In this document: positions 36,670-46,892 of the stretch, one piece after another
How positions within the stretch are numbered: the stretch's first letter is position 1
Layout of the letters: each line of letters begins with the position of its first letter
Source: an uncultured SAR86 cluster bacterium
Lineage (GTDB): Bacteria > Pseudomonadota > Gammaproteobacteria > Magnimaribacterales > D2472
Direction: 5' to 3'
DNA length: 64,000 nt
Assembly (NCBI GenBank): GCA_902559345.1
Contig: CACEHH010000001.1
Span: 34,730-98,729, forward strand
Translations under genes and position numbers: made by a program
Notes under the pieces: generated by a model
What the model was told of the DNA's origin: nothing
The model's input: the letters and a program-made list of their open reading frames with translations, nothing else
Database searches by the model: none

Positions 36670-37889
36670 GCATCGATCTCATAGTGTGCTAATTCAACAG
36701 CTGTAATAAATACTTCCATTGCGGTTTTAAGCTCATCCTGAGAAACATATGTTGGCGCCAATCTTATAACACTATTATCAGGATCATAATTATTTGGAAA
36801 TGTAGACCCAGCTGGGGTGATTAACACTCCCATTTCCTTACAAAGCTCAACCACTTGAGATGCAATGGGCTTAGCTGTGGAGTAAGTAATAAAGTATCCA
36901 CCAGTAGGACGAGAAAAAGATCCACAGCTTTTATCTAATTTTTCTAGATATGAGTATGCGATTTCAAATTTTGGTCTAACCAGTTCTGCATGTTTTAACA
37001 TATGAGCTTTCACACCTTCAGAGTCTTTAAAAAATTCAACATGTCTTTTTTGATTTAGTTTATCAGGACATATAATCATTGTTGTTCGGACTCTTTTTAT
37101 TAATTCCAAAGAGTGGCCTGATGTTGCCATAAAAGAGATGCCACCTCCTCCAAATGTAACTTTTGAAAAAGATGTTGTGATAACTGTTTGATCTTGAACA
37201 TTTGAATTTACAACAATCTCCCAGAGAGGCTTTTGTTTAGGTATGGGTAAAAAATCATGTATTAAATAGGCATGGTCAAAAAGAAAAAGAAATTTATCAG
37301 AAAAATTTGAACCTATTCTAAACATATTTTGAAGATTTTCATCTGAATATATTTCTCCGGATGGATTAGAGTGCTTCGGTACACACAATATACCTACAAA
37401 TTCTTTATCCTTCTTTAAAAGATTTTCAAAAGCCTGTAAATCAATCCCATCTTCTACCAAAGGAATTGGCACTGCCTCAATGCCAAAATCTTGAAGCATC
37501 ATAAAATGTCTATCAAAACCTGGTACTGGACAAATAAATTTAGGGCTTTTTAAATCTTTCCATGGAGTTGGTTCGGCAAATAAAAAATTAGATAGGACTG
37601 TTTGATAGGTTAAAAGCAAGCTCGATTGCTCCCCTGCAAGAATATTTTCTAAAGGCGCATCTAAGAGTTCCGATCCTAGCGATCTCGCTTCTTTTATACC
37701 AAAAGGTTCTCCATAATTCCTTAAATCAGCACCATCTTCAGAAGACGTTGGTATGGAAATATCCAAAAGTGCATTTGATAAATCTAATTGATCTTTATCA
37801 GGCTTACCTCTTGTTATGTCAATAGATAACTGCTTTTCTTTAAGCGAATTAAACTTTGTTATAATTTTATCATGCATAATATATGTCAC
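36666..37889 (-). CDS. PLP-dependent aminotransferase, fold type I (AspB-like)
   Basis: 407 aa. The SFSKVTFGGGGISF Lys motif resembles the class of aspartate aminotransferases described in Corynebacterium. Confidence 0.6.
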   Translation of the reverse strand: MTYIMHDKIITKFNSLKEKQLSIDITRGKPDKDQLDLSNALLDISIPTSSEDGADLRNYGEPFGIKEARSLGSELLDAPLENILAGEQSSLLLTYQTVLSNFLFAEPTPWKDLKSPKFICPVPGFDRHFMMLQDFGIEAVPIPLVEDGIDLQAFENLLKKDKEFVGILCVPKHSNPSGEIYSDENLQNMFRIGSNFSDKFLFLFDHAYLIHDFLPIPKQKPLWEIVVNSNVQDQTVITTSFSKVTFGGGGISFMATSGHSLELIKRVRTTMIICPDKLNQKRHVEFFKDSEGVKAHMLKHAELVRPKFEIAYSYLEKLDKSCGSFSRPTGGYFITYSTAKPIASQVVELCKEMGVLITPAGSTFPNNYDPDNSVIRLAPTYVSQDELKTAMEVFITAVELAHYEIDA

Positions 37890-37905
37890 ATTCTATACTA
37901 ACAAT

Positions 37906-38802
37906 ATGGATCTTAATATTCTAATATTTTTATCTTTTGGTCTAATCTTAGGAATTCTAATTTATATTTTATTCATGTTAAAAAATGATCAAAGTTCTGA
38001 TAATGGTGGTAATGAAATTTTACAAAATAAATTAATCGAGGTTTCTAATGACATCAATAAAATAGAGAATGATTTATCTTCGGTTACAACACCAATCAAT
38101 GAATTAAATAGATTTCTCGGTGGCAACGTCACAACTGGAAGATTGGGTGAATGGAGTATGGAGGAAATTATTCGAGATATTTTACCCCCTAATACTTATG
38201 AGTTTCAGGCGCAGATAGACCCCGCTTCTGCTGATCGAGCTGATTGTGCTATCAATAATGCAGAGGGTCTAATTGTGCCTATAGACTCAAAATTTTATGC
38301 AGGACAATACCAAAACTACCAATCCGCTAATACTGATACAGAAAGAAAAAAAATTTTAAAAGATTTAAAAAGATCTATATTAAATGATGCTGAAGATATT
38401 TCACAAAAATATTTATTACAGAATAAAACATCAAATTATGCAGTTTTGTATATAGCCTCTGAAAAACTTATTGATTTAGTGTTTCAAATAGAGAATCTTA
38501 GACAAGAATGCCTAAGTGATAAAAATACATTAATACTTGGTCCAAATTCTCTTGCAGCCTTCTTAGACACTATTAGAATTGGGCATCATTATCTTAAGTT
38601 GAATGAATCAGCAGGCGAGGTGGCAAAAATTTTACATAAAATTCAAACAGAGTTCTCTAATTTTGATTCAAGCACTGAATCTGTGGTTAGAAGATTGGAT
38701 CTAGCCTTAAAAGATGTTCAAAAACTTCAGACAAGGGTTAATGTTTTAGGGAAAGAGCTAGAAAAAGGAGCGGAAAGCCTAGAGGAAGGCTTAGAAAAAT
38801 AA
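37906..38802 (+). CDS. rmuC: DNA recombination protein RmuC (short form)
   Basis: It has an N-terminal TM helix, a short coiled coil, and a nuclease-like core RADCAI...VPIDSKF. The ATG at 37906 is preferred over the listed start at 37816. Confidence 0.6.
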   Translation: MDLNILIFLSFGLILGILIYILFMLKNDQSSDNGGNEILQNKLIEVSNDINKIENDLSSVTTPINELNRFLGGNVTTGRLGEWSMEEIIRDILPPNTYEFQAQIDPASADRADCAINNAEGLIVPIDSKFYAGQYQNYQSANTDTERKKILKDLKRSILNDAEDISQKYLLQNKTSNYAVLYIASEKLIDLVFQIENLRQECLSDKNTLILGPNSLAAFLDTIRIGHHYLKLNESAGEVAKILHKIQTEFSNFDSSTESVVRRLDLALKDVQKLQTRVNVLGKELEKGAESLEEGLEK

Positions 38803-38830
38803 CAAAAGAAATTATCTTTACAATTAAATA

Positions 38831-40384
38831 ATGCAAAACTTAAGAATATGGAATTACCTGTCATTGCCATGGTTACTATTTACAATGATCTTCTTCATAG
38901 GTTTTTTTATATTGGCTTTTTCTAATGAAATTGATCCTGCAATCTTATCTAATAATTATCTAAAAAAACTATTCTTCAATACGATATTGCTTTCATTTAG
39001 CTCAGCAATTTTATCTGCTTTAATAGCAGTACCTTTAGCTATATTAGTGACTTTTTATAAATTTCCAGGACATAAATTTTTTAGCTGGGGGCTAAGTCTT
39101 TCAATTGCTTTTCCAGCATATGTTTATGCTTTTATTTTTGTTGGCATTTTTGAATATTCTAGTCCAGTATCTGAATATTTAAGAAGTATAAATATAAATC
39201 TTCCTTCAATAAAAAATCTTTTTGGTGCATCAATAATAATGTCTATGGCATTATTTCCATATATTTTTTTACTTACAAAAGCACAATTATCAAGCGTTGG
39301 AGTAAATATTTTTAAGGCAGCCAAATCACTGGGAGACAATAACTCAACTGCTATATATAAAGTAATTATACCCTCATTAAAGCCATCTATTTTAGCAGGA
39401 ATGGCTTTGGTTATTTTTGAGACTATTGCTGACTTTGGTGGAGTATCTACTCTTAGAGTAGAAACTTTTACAGTAGGTATTTACGATGCATGGTTTGGCT
39501 ATCAAAGTTATTTTTCTGCAGCAAGATTGGCAGGCTATTTACTCATATTTGTTTTCTTTGTTATTTTTATAAGCAAATATTTTGGGCATCGATATAATTC
39601 ATTAGCGCCAAAAACTGCAGAAAAATTTGAGAAATTAAATTTAAGCACTGGTAAGCAATTTCTTGTTACTAGTTTATGTATTTTAATATTTGGCTTGGTT
39701 TTCTGTGTGCCTTTTTTTCAATTAATATTTTGGCATTTTGAAAATATAGAATTTAGTCTAGTTAAGAATTTAAGCCTGCTCTATAACTCACTAATAATAG
39801 GTATGTGTGCTGCTATTGTTACTGTTTTTTTTGCAACTTCGCTCTCTTTAAGTCATAGAGGAACTAAAAAACTTAGACCCATGATATTAATTTCTTCTTC
39901 AGGATATGCAATACCGGGTTCTGTTATTGCAGCTGGTTTATTGATAGTTTTTGTAACAACTTTCAATACTTCAATCACTCTGTATGGATTATTTGGATTG
40001 TTGTTATGTCTTAGTTTGAGATTTATGACGCCTGCATTTAATTATATATCTTCATCTTTAGATAATATTCCACAATCATCTGAAAAAGCGCTTTCTACCA
40101 AGCCTAATAATCCTTATAAAGCATTTACTTTATTTTATTTACCTCAAATCAAACCTGCGGTATTCCTAAGTATTATGATAGTTTTTATAGAGTCTATCAA
40201 AGAACAGCCTGCAACTTTATTATTAAGACCAGTGGGTTTTGATACTCTTTCAACAAGAATATATAACTATACTAGTGAAGGTCAATGGGAGATGGCTGCA
40301 AGCCCTAGTCTATTATTAATATTACTTAGTCTAGTCTTTGTATATCTTATTAATAAAAATATAGATTTAAAGAATAACTTTTAA
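38831..40384 (+). CDS. Fused two-domain ABC transporter permease (FbpB/ThiP-type)
   Basis: 517 aa with about 12 TM helices. It has two EAA-type loops (AAKSLGDNNSTAIYKVIIPSLKP and SEKALSTKPNNPYKAFTLFYLPQIKP). Confidence 0.75.
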   Translation: MQNLRIWNYLSLPWLLFTMIFFIGFFILAFSNEIDPAILSNNYLKKLFFNTILLSFSSAILSALIAVPLAILVTFYKFPGHKFFSWGLSLSIAFPAYVYAFIFVGIFEYSSPVSEYLRSININLPSIKNLFGASIIMSMALFPYIFLLTKAQLSSVGVNIFKAAKSLGDNNSTAIYKVIIPSLKPSILAGMALVIFETIADFGGVSTLRVETFTVGIYDAWFGYQSYFSAARLAGYLLIFVFFVIFISKYFGHRYNSLAPKTAEKFEKLNLSTGKQFLVTSLCILIFGLVFCVPFFQLIFWHFENIEFSLVKNLSLLYNSLIIGMCAAIVTVFFATSLSLSHRGTKKLRPMILISSSGYAIPGSVIAAGLLIVFVTTFNTSITLYGLFGLLLCLSLRFMTPAFNYISSSLDNIPQSSEKALSTKPNNPYKAFTLFYLPQIKPAVFLSIMIVFIESIKEQPATLLLRPVGFDTLSTRIYNYTSEGQWEMAASPSLLLILLSLVFVYLINKNIDLKNNF

Positions 40385-40389
40385 AAAAT

Positions 40390-40878
40390 ATGAAAGAAGA
40401 TGGGTATAGATTGAATGTAGGTCTAATAATAGCTAATAATCAAGGCAAGTTATTATTATGTAAAAGAAAGGGTATGAATAGTTGGCAATTTCCACAAGGA
40501 GGAATCGATTATGCCGAAAATCCGCTGAGTGCTGCTAAAAGGGAGTTATTTGAAGAAGTAGGTATAAAGCCTAGTTCAACTAAGCTAATTGCTTCCTTAG
40601 ATGAATGGTTAAAATATGATGTCCCCAAAAAAAGTAGAAGAAAGAGGTTTTTAAATAAAAAATTTAAGGGTCAAAAACAAAAATGGTTCTTATTTAGACT
40701 AATTAAAGAAGATCAAATTTCCTTTGAAAATGACCCAGATAATGAGTTTGATGATTATAAGTGGGTTTCTTATTGGTATCCTCTTAGCGTCATCATTTCT
40801 TTTAAAGAAAATGTCTATTTTGAAGCATTAAATAAACTAAAATATCATTTTTGTATTGAGTTTAATGATGATAGATGA
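40390..40878 (+). CDS. rppH: RNA pyrophosphohydrolase
   Basis: It has YRLNVG and the Nudix box GGIDYAENPLSAAKRELFEEVG. Confidence 0.88.
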   Translation: MKEDGYRLNVGLIIANNQGKLLLCKRKGMNSWQFPQGGIDYAENPLSAAKRELFEEVGIKPSSTKLIASLDEWLKYDVPKKSRRKRFLNKKFKGQKQKWFLFRLIKEDQISFENDPDNEFDDYKWVSYWYPLSVIISFKENVYFEALNKLKYHFCIEFNDDR

Positions 40879-41659
40879 AATCTTAATTTTTGCTGCTTTA
40901 GGAATTCTTGCTGGATTGCTTGCTGGAATGTTTGGAATTGGTGGTGGTTTGGTTATTGTGCCAGTTCTAATTGGAACCTTTATTAGTTTAGGTTTTGATA
41001 GTTCAGTTATCGTTCATCTTTCTATAGGGACAGCGATCTCATGTATTATCTTTACTGGCTTAGCATCAACAAATGCGCATAGAAAAAAAGAATCTATTGA
41101 TTTTGCTCACTTCAAGCCTGTCGCTACTGGTATTATTTTTGGTGCCTTATGCGGCGCATTGTTTGCAGTTCAAATTGAAGGAACTTTTCTGAAATTATCT
41201 ATTGCAGCATTTGTATTTATTGTAGGAATTCAAATTTTATTTGATATCCAAATTTATTCTAAGAGGATTGTTCCAAGTAAACCAAAATCAATATTTGCTG
41301 GTGGTGTTATTGGCTTCTTATCCTCAATACTTGGAATTGGCGGAGGTACATTTTCAGTACCCTACTTTAGAGCTTCAGGTTTACAACTTACCTCTTCCAT
41401 TGGAACATCTGCAGCGTGTGGGGTTCCAATAGCGATATTTGGAACAATTGGTTATATTATTGCTGGAATTAATGTGTCAGAACTTCCTAATTTAAGTTTA
41501 GGTTATATATACCTACCTGCGTTATTGGGCGTTTCAGTAACTAGTATCTTTGCAGCAAAATATGGAGCGGATATTGCACATTATTTATCTCAATCTGTTT
41601 TAAAGAGACTTATGGCTTCTTGGTTCTTTATAATATCAATATATATGTTTCTTATATGA
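40856..41659 (+). CDS. TauE/SafE-family (YfcA-like) membrane transporter
   Basis: It has two GIGGG motifs and about 8 TM helices. Confidence 0.75.
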   Translation: MSLMMIDEILIFAALGILAGLLAGMFGIGGGLVIVPVLIGTFISLGFDSSVIVHLSIGTAISCIIFTGLASTNAHRKKESIDFAHFKPVATGIIFGALCGALFAVQIEGTFLKLSIAAFVFIVGIQILFDIQIYSKRIVPSKPKSIFAGGVIGFLSSILGIGGGTFSVPYFRASGLQLTSSIGTSAACGVPIAIFGTIGYIIAGINVSELPNLSLGYIYLPALLGVSVTSIFAAKYGADIAHYLSQSVLKRLMASWFFIISIYMFLI

Positions 41660-42453
41660 TTATTGAGTTATCTGATTTTTTTAATAACCCCAGCCTTGTT
41701 GAGCTAGGCCCAGTTAAAATTCAATACTATGCGGTTACATGGTTATTATCGGCTGTTTTAATTTATAGTTTTCTTAAAAGAAATAAAATAATTCATGAAA
41801 TTGGGCTAAAAAAAGATGATGTAAACGACATGGTTTTTTTATATGGGCTTTTCTTTGGTGCGATGTGCGGAGGAAGAATTGGATATATGTTGTTTTATGG
41901 AACTGATCAGTTAATTGATGATCCATTTTCATTGTTTTATATCTGGGAAGGTGGTTTAAGTTTTCATGGTGGTCTTCTTGGTGTAATTATTAGCCTAATT
42001 ATTTTTTGTAAAAAAAGAGGTATTGAATTTTTGAGGTTAATGGATGGGGTGGCTTTAGCCATGCCAATTGGTCTAGGTCTTGTTAGGTTAGGAAATTTCT
42101 TAAATGGAGAGTTGTATGGCAAGGCTACAAATGGTGAATGGGGTTTTATATTTCCAACTGATCAACTTGGAATGCTTAGACATCCCTCTCAACTTTATGA
42201 GAGTTTAGGAGAAGGTTTAGTTCTATTTTTAATACTTACATTCATAAGTCAAAAGAGCAAAATTAAAGGAGTTGTATCTTCATCATTTCTTATCTTTTAT
42301 GGTTCAATTAGATTTATAATTGAATTCTTTAGGCAACCAGACTCGCATATTGGATATGTGGCTTATGATTCGTTAAGTATGGGTCAGTTGCTTTGCATAC
42401 CAATGATTATTGTTGGCTTTTTTATACTGATATATTCTAGGAAGAACGCATGA
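41656..42453 (+). CDS. lgt: Phosphatidylglycerol-prolipoprotein diacylglyceryl transferase
   Basis: It has GLSFHGGLLG and RLGNFLNGELYG. ATGA overlap with the preceding gene. Synteny lgt-thyA. Confidence 0.9.
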   Translation: MIIELSDFFNNPSLVELGPVKIQYYAVTWLLSAVLIYSFLKRNKIIHEIGLKKDDVNDMVFLYGLFFGAMCGGRIGYMLFYGTDQLIDDPFSLFYIWEGGLSFHGGLLGVIISLIIFCKKRGIEFLRLMDGVALAMPIGLGLVRLGNFLNGELYGKATNGEWGFIFPTDQLGMLRHPSQLYESLGEGLVLFLILTFISQKSKIKGVVSSSFLIFYGSIRFIIEFFRQPDSHIGYVAYDSLSMGQLLCIPMIIVGFFILIYSRKNA

Positions 42454-43313
42454 AAGCATATCTAGATCTCTTACAATTTATCCTTGAGAATGGGGATGAA
42501 AAAGATGATAGAACTAATACAGGAACGATATCGTCTTTTGGACATCAACTAGACTTTGATTTAGAAGAAGGTTTCCCAGCTGTAACAACAAAGTCGCTTG
42601 CATGGAAAGGGGTTGTTTCAGAGCTATTATGGTTTCTTGAAGGGTCTGATGATGAAAGAAGGTTAGCAGAAATTAGATTCAATAAAGATAGAGCAAAACT
42701 TACTGATCTAAAAAAGTATTCAACAATATGGACAGATAATGCTGATAAACAGGGCAAGGATCTTGGATATGAAAATACTAATCTCAAAAAAGTTCTTGGT
42801 CCCGTATATGGTGTTCAGTGGAGAAATTGGGCGGGCATAGATCAAATAAATGAGCTTATATCTGGTTTAAAAAATAATCCTGATAGTAGAAGACATATTC
42901 TGTCTGCATGGAATGTAGGAGAAATAGATAAGATGGCTTTGCCTCCATGCCATGTAATGTCACAATTTTATATAAATAAAAATACAATCAGTTGTCATAT
43001 GTATCAAAGAAGTGCTGATATGTTTTTAGGTGTCCCATTTAATATTGCAAGTTATGCCTTGCTGCTTTCAATAATAGCTAAAATACTAGACTTAAAACCA
43101 AAAAGATTTATTCATTCATTTGGAGATGCTCATATATACAAGAATTCTATTGCCCAGGTAAAAGAACAAATTGCAAGAACTCCCAAATCATTACCCAAAC
43201 TTATAATTCCAGAGATAAATAATCTTGATGATCTAAAAAAATTTAATATTGATGATTTTATTTTGGATGGGTATGACCCTCATCCACCAATAAAAGCAAA
43301 AATGGCGGTTTAG
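42450..43313 (+). CDS. thyA: Thymidylate synthase (ThyA type)
   Basis: It has DRTNTGT, the LPPCH active site, and YQRSADMFLGVPFNIASYALL. Confidence 0.95.
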   Translation: MKAYLDLLQFILENGDEKDDRTNTGTISSFGHQLDFDLEEGFPAVTTKSLAWKGVVSELLWFLEGSDDERRLAEIRFNKDRAKLTDLKKYSTIWTDNADKQGKDLGYENTNLKKVLGPVYGVQWRNWAGIDQINELISGLKNNPDSRRHILSAWNVGEIDKMALPPCHVMSQFYINKNTISCHMYQRSADMFLGVPFNIASYALLLSIIAKILDLKPKRFIHSFGDAHIYKNSIAQVKEQIARTPKSLPKLIIPEINNLDDLKKFNIDDFILDGYDPHPPIKAKMAV

Positions 43314-43820
43314 ATGTTTGTTATATCTCATGTAGTTGCCTTATCAAATAACAATGTTATTGGAGTTGATAATGATCTTCCATGGAGCTTAAAAACTGAT
43401 TTATCACACTTTAAAAAATACACAACTAACAAAATTATAATTATGGGTCGTAAAACATATGAGTCTATTGGGAAACCTCTTCCTAATAGGGTTAATTATG
43501 TAGTATCACAAACTATTAATGAAATTGAGGGCGCAATAGTTTGCAATAGTACGGAGAATGCAATTGAGTCTGCAAAAGAATTATGTAGTAAAGAAAATTT
43601 AAATGAGATTGTCATAATTGGGGGCGGCTATCTATTTAGAGACACTCTCCCAATAACAAATAAACTAATAATTACTAGAGTTGATTGTAATATAGACGGT
43701 GATGTTTTTTATCCTGACATTGACCTAGGTAACTGGAAAAAATTAGAGTCAATTAAATTTTTGAAAGATGCAGATAATGATTATGATTTTGAAGTTATTA
43801 CTTACGAAAAAATTAAGTAG
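43314..43820 (+). CDS. folA: Dihydrofolate reductase
   Basis: It has DLPW, MGRKTYESIG and IGGG. Confidence 0.9.
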   Translation: MFVISHVVALSNNNVIGVDNDLPWSLKTDLSHFKKYTTNKIIIMGRKTYESIGKPLPNRVNYVVSQTINEIEGAIVCNSTENAIESAKELCSKENLNEIVIIGGGYLFRDTLPITNKLIITRVDCNIDGDVFYPDIDLGNWKKLESIKFLKDADNDYDFEVITYEKIK

Positions 43821-45237
43821 AGTTCATTTGAATATAGTCTCTTCTAAGAGCTAAATTCTTAACTCTAATCTCTTCATTTTCAGTATATTTAATCCAATTA
43901 TTAGCTTGCTGTTTTATTTTTTTATCTTTGTCTCTGGCAGCAATTCTAAAATTTTTCTTAGCATCTTCAAATTGTTGTAATTCAAAATAAACCTGCCCTA
44001 GCGTTAAATAAACAGGAGATAGTTTTTTAATCTTCCCCTTTTCTAAGCCTTTTAATATGGAGTCGGCCGCTTCTTCTAATTTATCTTCAGATAAATATAA
44101 ATTTCCAAGTAAAACAAAAGATTCACCATCTTTGGACATCTTCGCCGCTTTTTCTAGAACAGGAATTGCTTTGTCTATTTCTTGTGCCATTCTCCATGCA
44201 TCAGCAAGAAGTTTTAGGTTTTTTTCAGTATCTTTTACTACTGGAACAATCTTTTCTTCTTTGGTTTTCTCATCAACAATTGTAATCATCTTCTTTTGAC
44301 CTGATTCAAATACCTCAGCTGCCCAATATGGATTTTGATTTAAAAGGAGTAGTTGAGTTAAAGCTAAATACTCAGATTCTTTATTTAAAAAGTCTTTCTG
44401 ATAAGCTGCTTTAAGAGTGATCATGTAATCTCTTTCTCTTCCAAGCTGGCCGTAAGAGCCGCCAAGCTGAATAAAATATTGCTTTTTAGGATATAAATTA
44501 ACTAATATCTCATAAATATCTATCTGTCTTAATAGAGCTACCTTCTCTCCAATTTCTTTTTTCTGTTCTCCTATGCAGGCTGCCATAATCACATACCAAT
44601 TTTCTCTTGGCTTGTACCCTTCTTCTTCAGCCATTTTTACAGCTGTTTCCATTGATGATAAGGCTTTCTTAAAGTCGCCTGTTTGATAGTATGCTTGACC
44701 GAGTAATGAATATGACTGAGCAGTTATTGTCTCCACCTCACTCATCCATTGAAGAATTAACTCAATACCTTTTTCATAGTTTTCTTGAACCAGGTTTAGT
44801 TGAGCGAGAGAAAGCAATGCTCCGACTCTTAGACCAATAGTCACTTCAGGCTCATTTATTAACTTGTAATAAGCATCCATTGCTTTTGGATAATCGCCCT
44901 CATTAAAATAAACAAATGCCCAAGCATTCCACATAACAGATCTATCATAGCTTTTTAGCTCATCCGCATTATTTCTTAATTCAGTAAGAATAGATATAAC
45001 AGTATCCATATCTGGTGCGGGTTCACCTTTTTCATCTACTACCTCTAAAGCCTCATAAACTTTTGCCATTTTTTTAGCAGTTGAGCTTTGAAGAGCTCTT
45101 GCCTTTTTATATTTTATTGGTTTCTTATTTGATTGTGACTGAGCCTCAATAGTGATTGGAGTAATTGCAAATGAAATTGCCAATAAAGAAAATAAATATA
45201 ACGAAGGTTTCATTCTCATAATTCTTTTAAGATTCAT
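43813..45237 (-). CDS. ttpD: Periplasmic TPR-repeat protein of the TonB cluster (TtpD-like)
   Basis: 474 aa with a signal peptide and multiple TPR-like A..Y..A..L repeats. It is the last gene of the six-gene TonB cluster. Confidence 0.6.
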   Translation of the reverse strand: MNLKRIMRMKPSLYLFSLLAISFAITPITIEAQSQSNKKPIKYKKARALQSSTAKKMAKVYEALEVVDEKGEPAPDMDTVISILTELRNNADELKSYDRSVMWNAWAFVYFNEGDYPKAMDAYYKLINEPEVTIGLRVGALLSLAQLNLVQENYEKGIELILQWMSEVETITAQSYSLLGQAYYQTGDFKKALSSMETAVKMAEEEGYKPRENWYVIMAACIGEQKKEIGEKVALLRQIDIYEILVNLYPKKQYFIQLGGSYGQLGRERDYMITLKAAYQKDFLNKESEYLALTQLLLLNQNPYWAAEVFESGQKKMITIVDEKTKEEKIVPVVKDTEKNLKLLADAWRMAQEIDKAIPVLEKAAKMSKDGESFVLLGNLYLSEDKLEEAADSILKGLEKGKIKKLSPVYLTLGQVYFELQQFEDAKKNFRIAARDKDKKIKQQANNWIKYTENEEIRVKNLALRRDYIQMNST

Positions 45238-45928
45238 CTAGTATATATGTAAATCTGTGCAAAACGCCATCAACTGGGACTGCTTTTCCATCTACAATCT
45301 TAGGTTTATATTTTAGTTTAAGCGCCGCTCTGGCAGATGCACTGTTAAACATCGTGCATGGTCTGAACTCAGCATCAGGATCATTTGGATCTTTGTTTGT
45401 ACAATATCCTTCAATAGCCTTAGCATTTTCAACGCTACCCGTATCAGTAATAGTAAATTCAACTAAAGCATAGCCCATAGTTCCTCTTTCTTGTGCTCGT
45501 CTAGGATAAATAGGAACAACCTTAAAAAGTGGTATATATTCACCATCTCTAAAAAAAGATCCTCCAGCCTTAAAGTTTGCTTTTGGTTTTGCTATAGAAA
45601 CATCCAACCCAGTTAAAGGCGCGAGATCTAATTCAGGCTGAGCAATATCCTCAGGTTGCTCATCTGGTTTATCTGGTTTATCTACCTCTGTCATAAAAGT
45701 ATCAATTTCTCTTTCCGGCATTACAACATCAGCTAGTTTTACAGAATTATCTTGTTTTAAACCACTGTCGCCTAATGCTATTAGGATAACCATTATAAAA
45801 AATAGCGACATAGTAATTAATGAGGAAAAACCAATGCCTGCTGCATATTTATTAGTATTAAATGCTTTTACATAAAGGCTATGAAGAGGTTTTGTAACAG
45901 TATTAATAGCTGAAAGAACTTGGCTCAT
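45227..45928 (-). CDS. tonB: TonB-family energy transducer
   Basis: It has an N-terminal anchor, a Pro/Glu/Asp-rich spacer (KPDKPDEQPEDIAQPE), and a C-terminal YPRRAQERGTMGYALVEF domain. Confidence 0.8.
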   Translation of the reverse strand: MSQVLSAINTVTKPLHSLYVKAFNTNKYAAGIGFSSLITMSLFFIMVILIALGDSGLKQDNSVKLADVVMPEREIDTFMTEVDKPDKPDEQPEDIAQPELDLAPLTGLDVSIAKPKANFKAGGSFFRDGEYIPLFKVVPIYPRRAQERGTMGYALVEFTITDTGSVENAKAIEGYCTNKDPNDPDAEFRPCTMFNSASARAALKLKYKPKIVDGKAVPVDGVLHRFTYILDES

Positions 45929-45931
45929 AAA

Positions 45932-46342
45932 TTATTTTGGTTCAGATGCTAATGAAATTGCACTAACGCCAGCTTCTCTTGCTCCATCCATAACTTTAAT
46001 TATTGTATCAGCAACAGCCTTTTCATCAGCTTGTATAACTACAGATCCTTTTGGATTGTCTGCAAGCATTTTTACTACATTAGCCTTTACTTGCCTTACA
46101 TCAATCCTTCTTCCATCCATCCATACTTCACCAGTAGGACCAACAGCAATCAAAATTGCAGCATTTTCTTGAGTCTCAGCAGTATCGGAATCAGGCCTAT
46201 TAATTTCAAGACCGGGCTCTTTAATAAAGTTTGCTGTAACAATAAAGAAAATTAGCATGATGAAAACAACATCAAGCATCGGAGTCAAGTTTATTTCACT
46301 TTCTTCATCTTTTACTGCTGTGCTTATAGCATTTCTTCTCAT
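45932..46342 (-). CDS. exbD: Biopolymer transport protein ExbD/TolR
   Basis: It has EINLTPMLDVVFIMLIFFIV. 136 aa. Confidence 0.88.
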   Translation of the reverse strand: MRRNAISTAVKDEESEINLTPMLDVVFIMLIFFIVTANFIKEPGLEINRPDSDTAETQENAAILIAVGPTGEVWMDGRRIDVRQVKANVVKMLADNPKGSVVIQADEKAVADTIIKVMDGAREAGVSAISLASEPK

Positions 46343-46352
46343 CTAATATCTC

Positions 46353-46883
46353 CTATAAATCTCTTTTTATTAATTCTCTTAAATCATTCGTGTGTCTATC
46401 GGATGCACTATTTAGATATATGCTTGCAAAAACACCGGATAGAGCTACAACCATCCCTGCCATTGTTGGTAGTGTTGCTTTTGAAACCCCGCCAGCCATA
46501 GCTCTTGCATCTCCTCCGCCATTAAAAGCCATTACTTGGAAAACCTCTATCATTCCAGTTACAGTTCCTAGAAGTCCAAATAATGGTGCTAAAACTACAC
46601 ATGTTTGAATAATTGACAGGTTTTTATTAATTTCTACTTTAGCTTGGGAGAGCATTTTTTCACGAATCTGCAAAGCATGCCATGATGTTTTATCTGACCT
46701 ATTATTCCATTCACTAGATAGATCCTGAACATAAAATTCATGAGCGGAAGAAAAATACCAGATTCTCTCAAATATCATAGCCCACATAAAGAATACTAAT
46801 ATAGCAATTAACCATAAAACACTACCGCCTGCTTCCATAAAATCCCTTATGGAAGAAAATGCTTCAGTTATGGCAAACCACAT
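46353..46883 (-). CDS. exbB: MotA/TolQ/ExbB proton-channel protein
   Basis: It has APLFGLLGTVTGMIEVFQ. 176 aa. Confidence 0.85.
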   Translation of the reverse strand: MWFAITEAFSSIRDFMEAGGSVLWLIAILVFFMWAMIFERIWYFSSAHEFYVQDLSSEWNNRSDKTSWHALQIREKMLSQAKVEINKNLSIIQTCVVLAPLFGLLGTVTGMIEVFQVMAFNGGGDARAMAGGVSKATLPTMAGMVVALSGVFASIYLNSASDRHTNDLRELIKRDL

Positions 46884-46892
46884 AATTAATTT

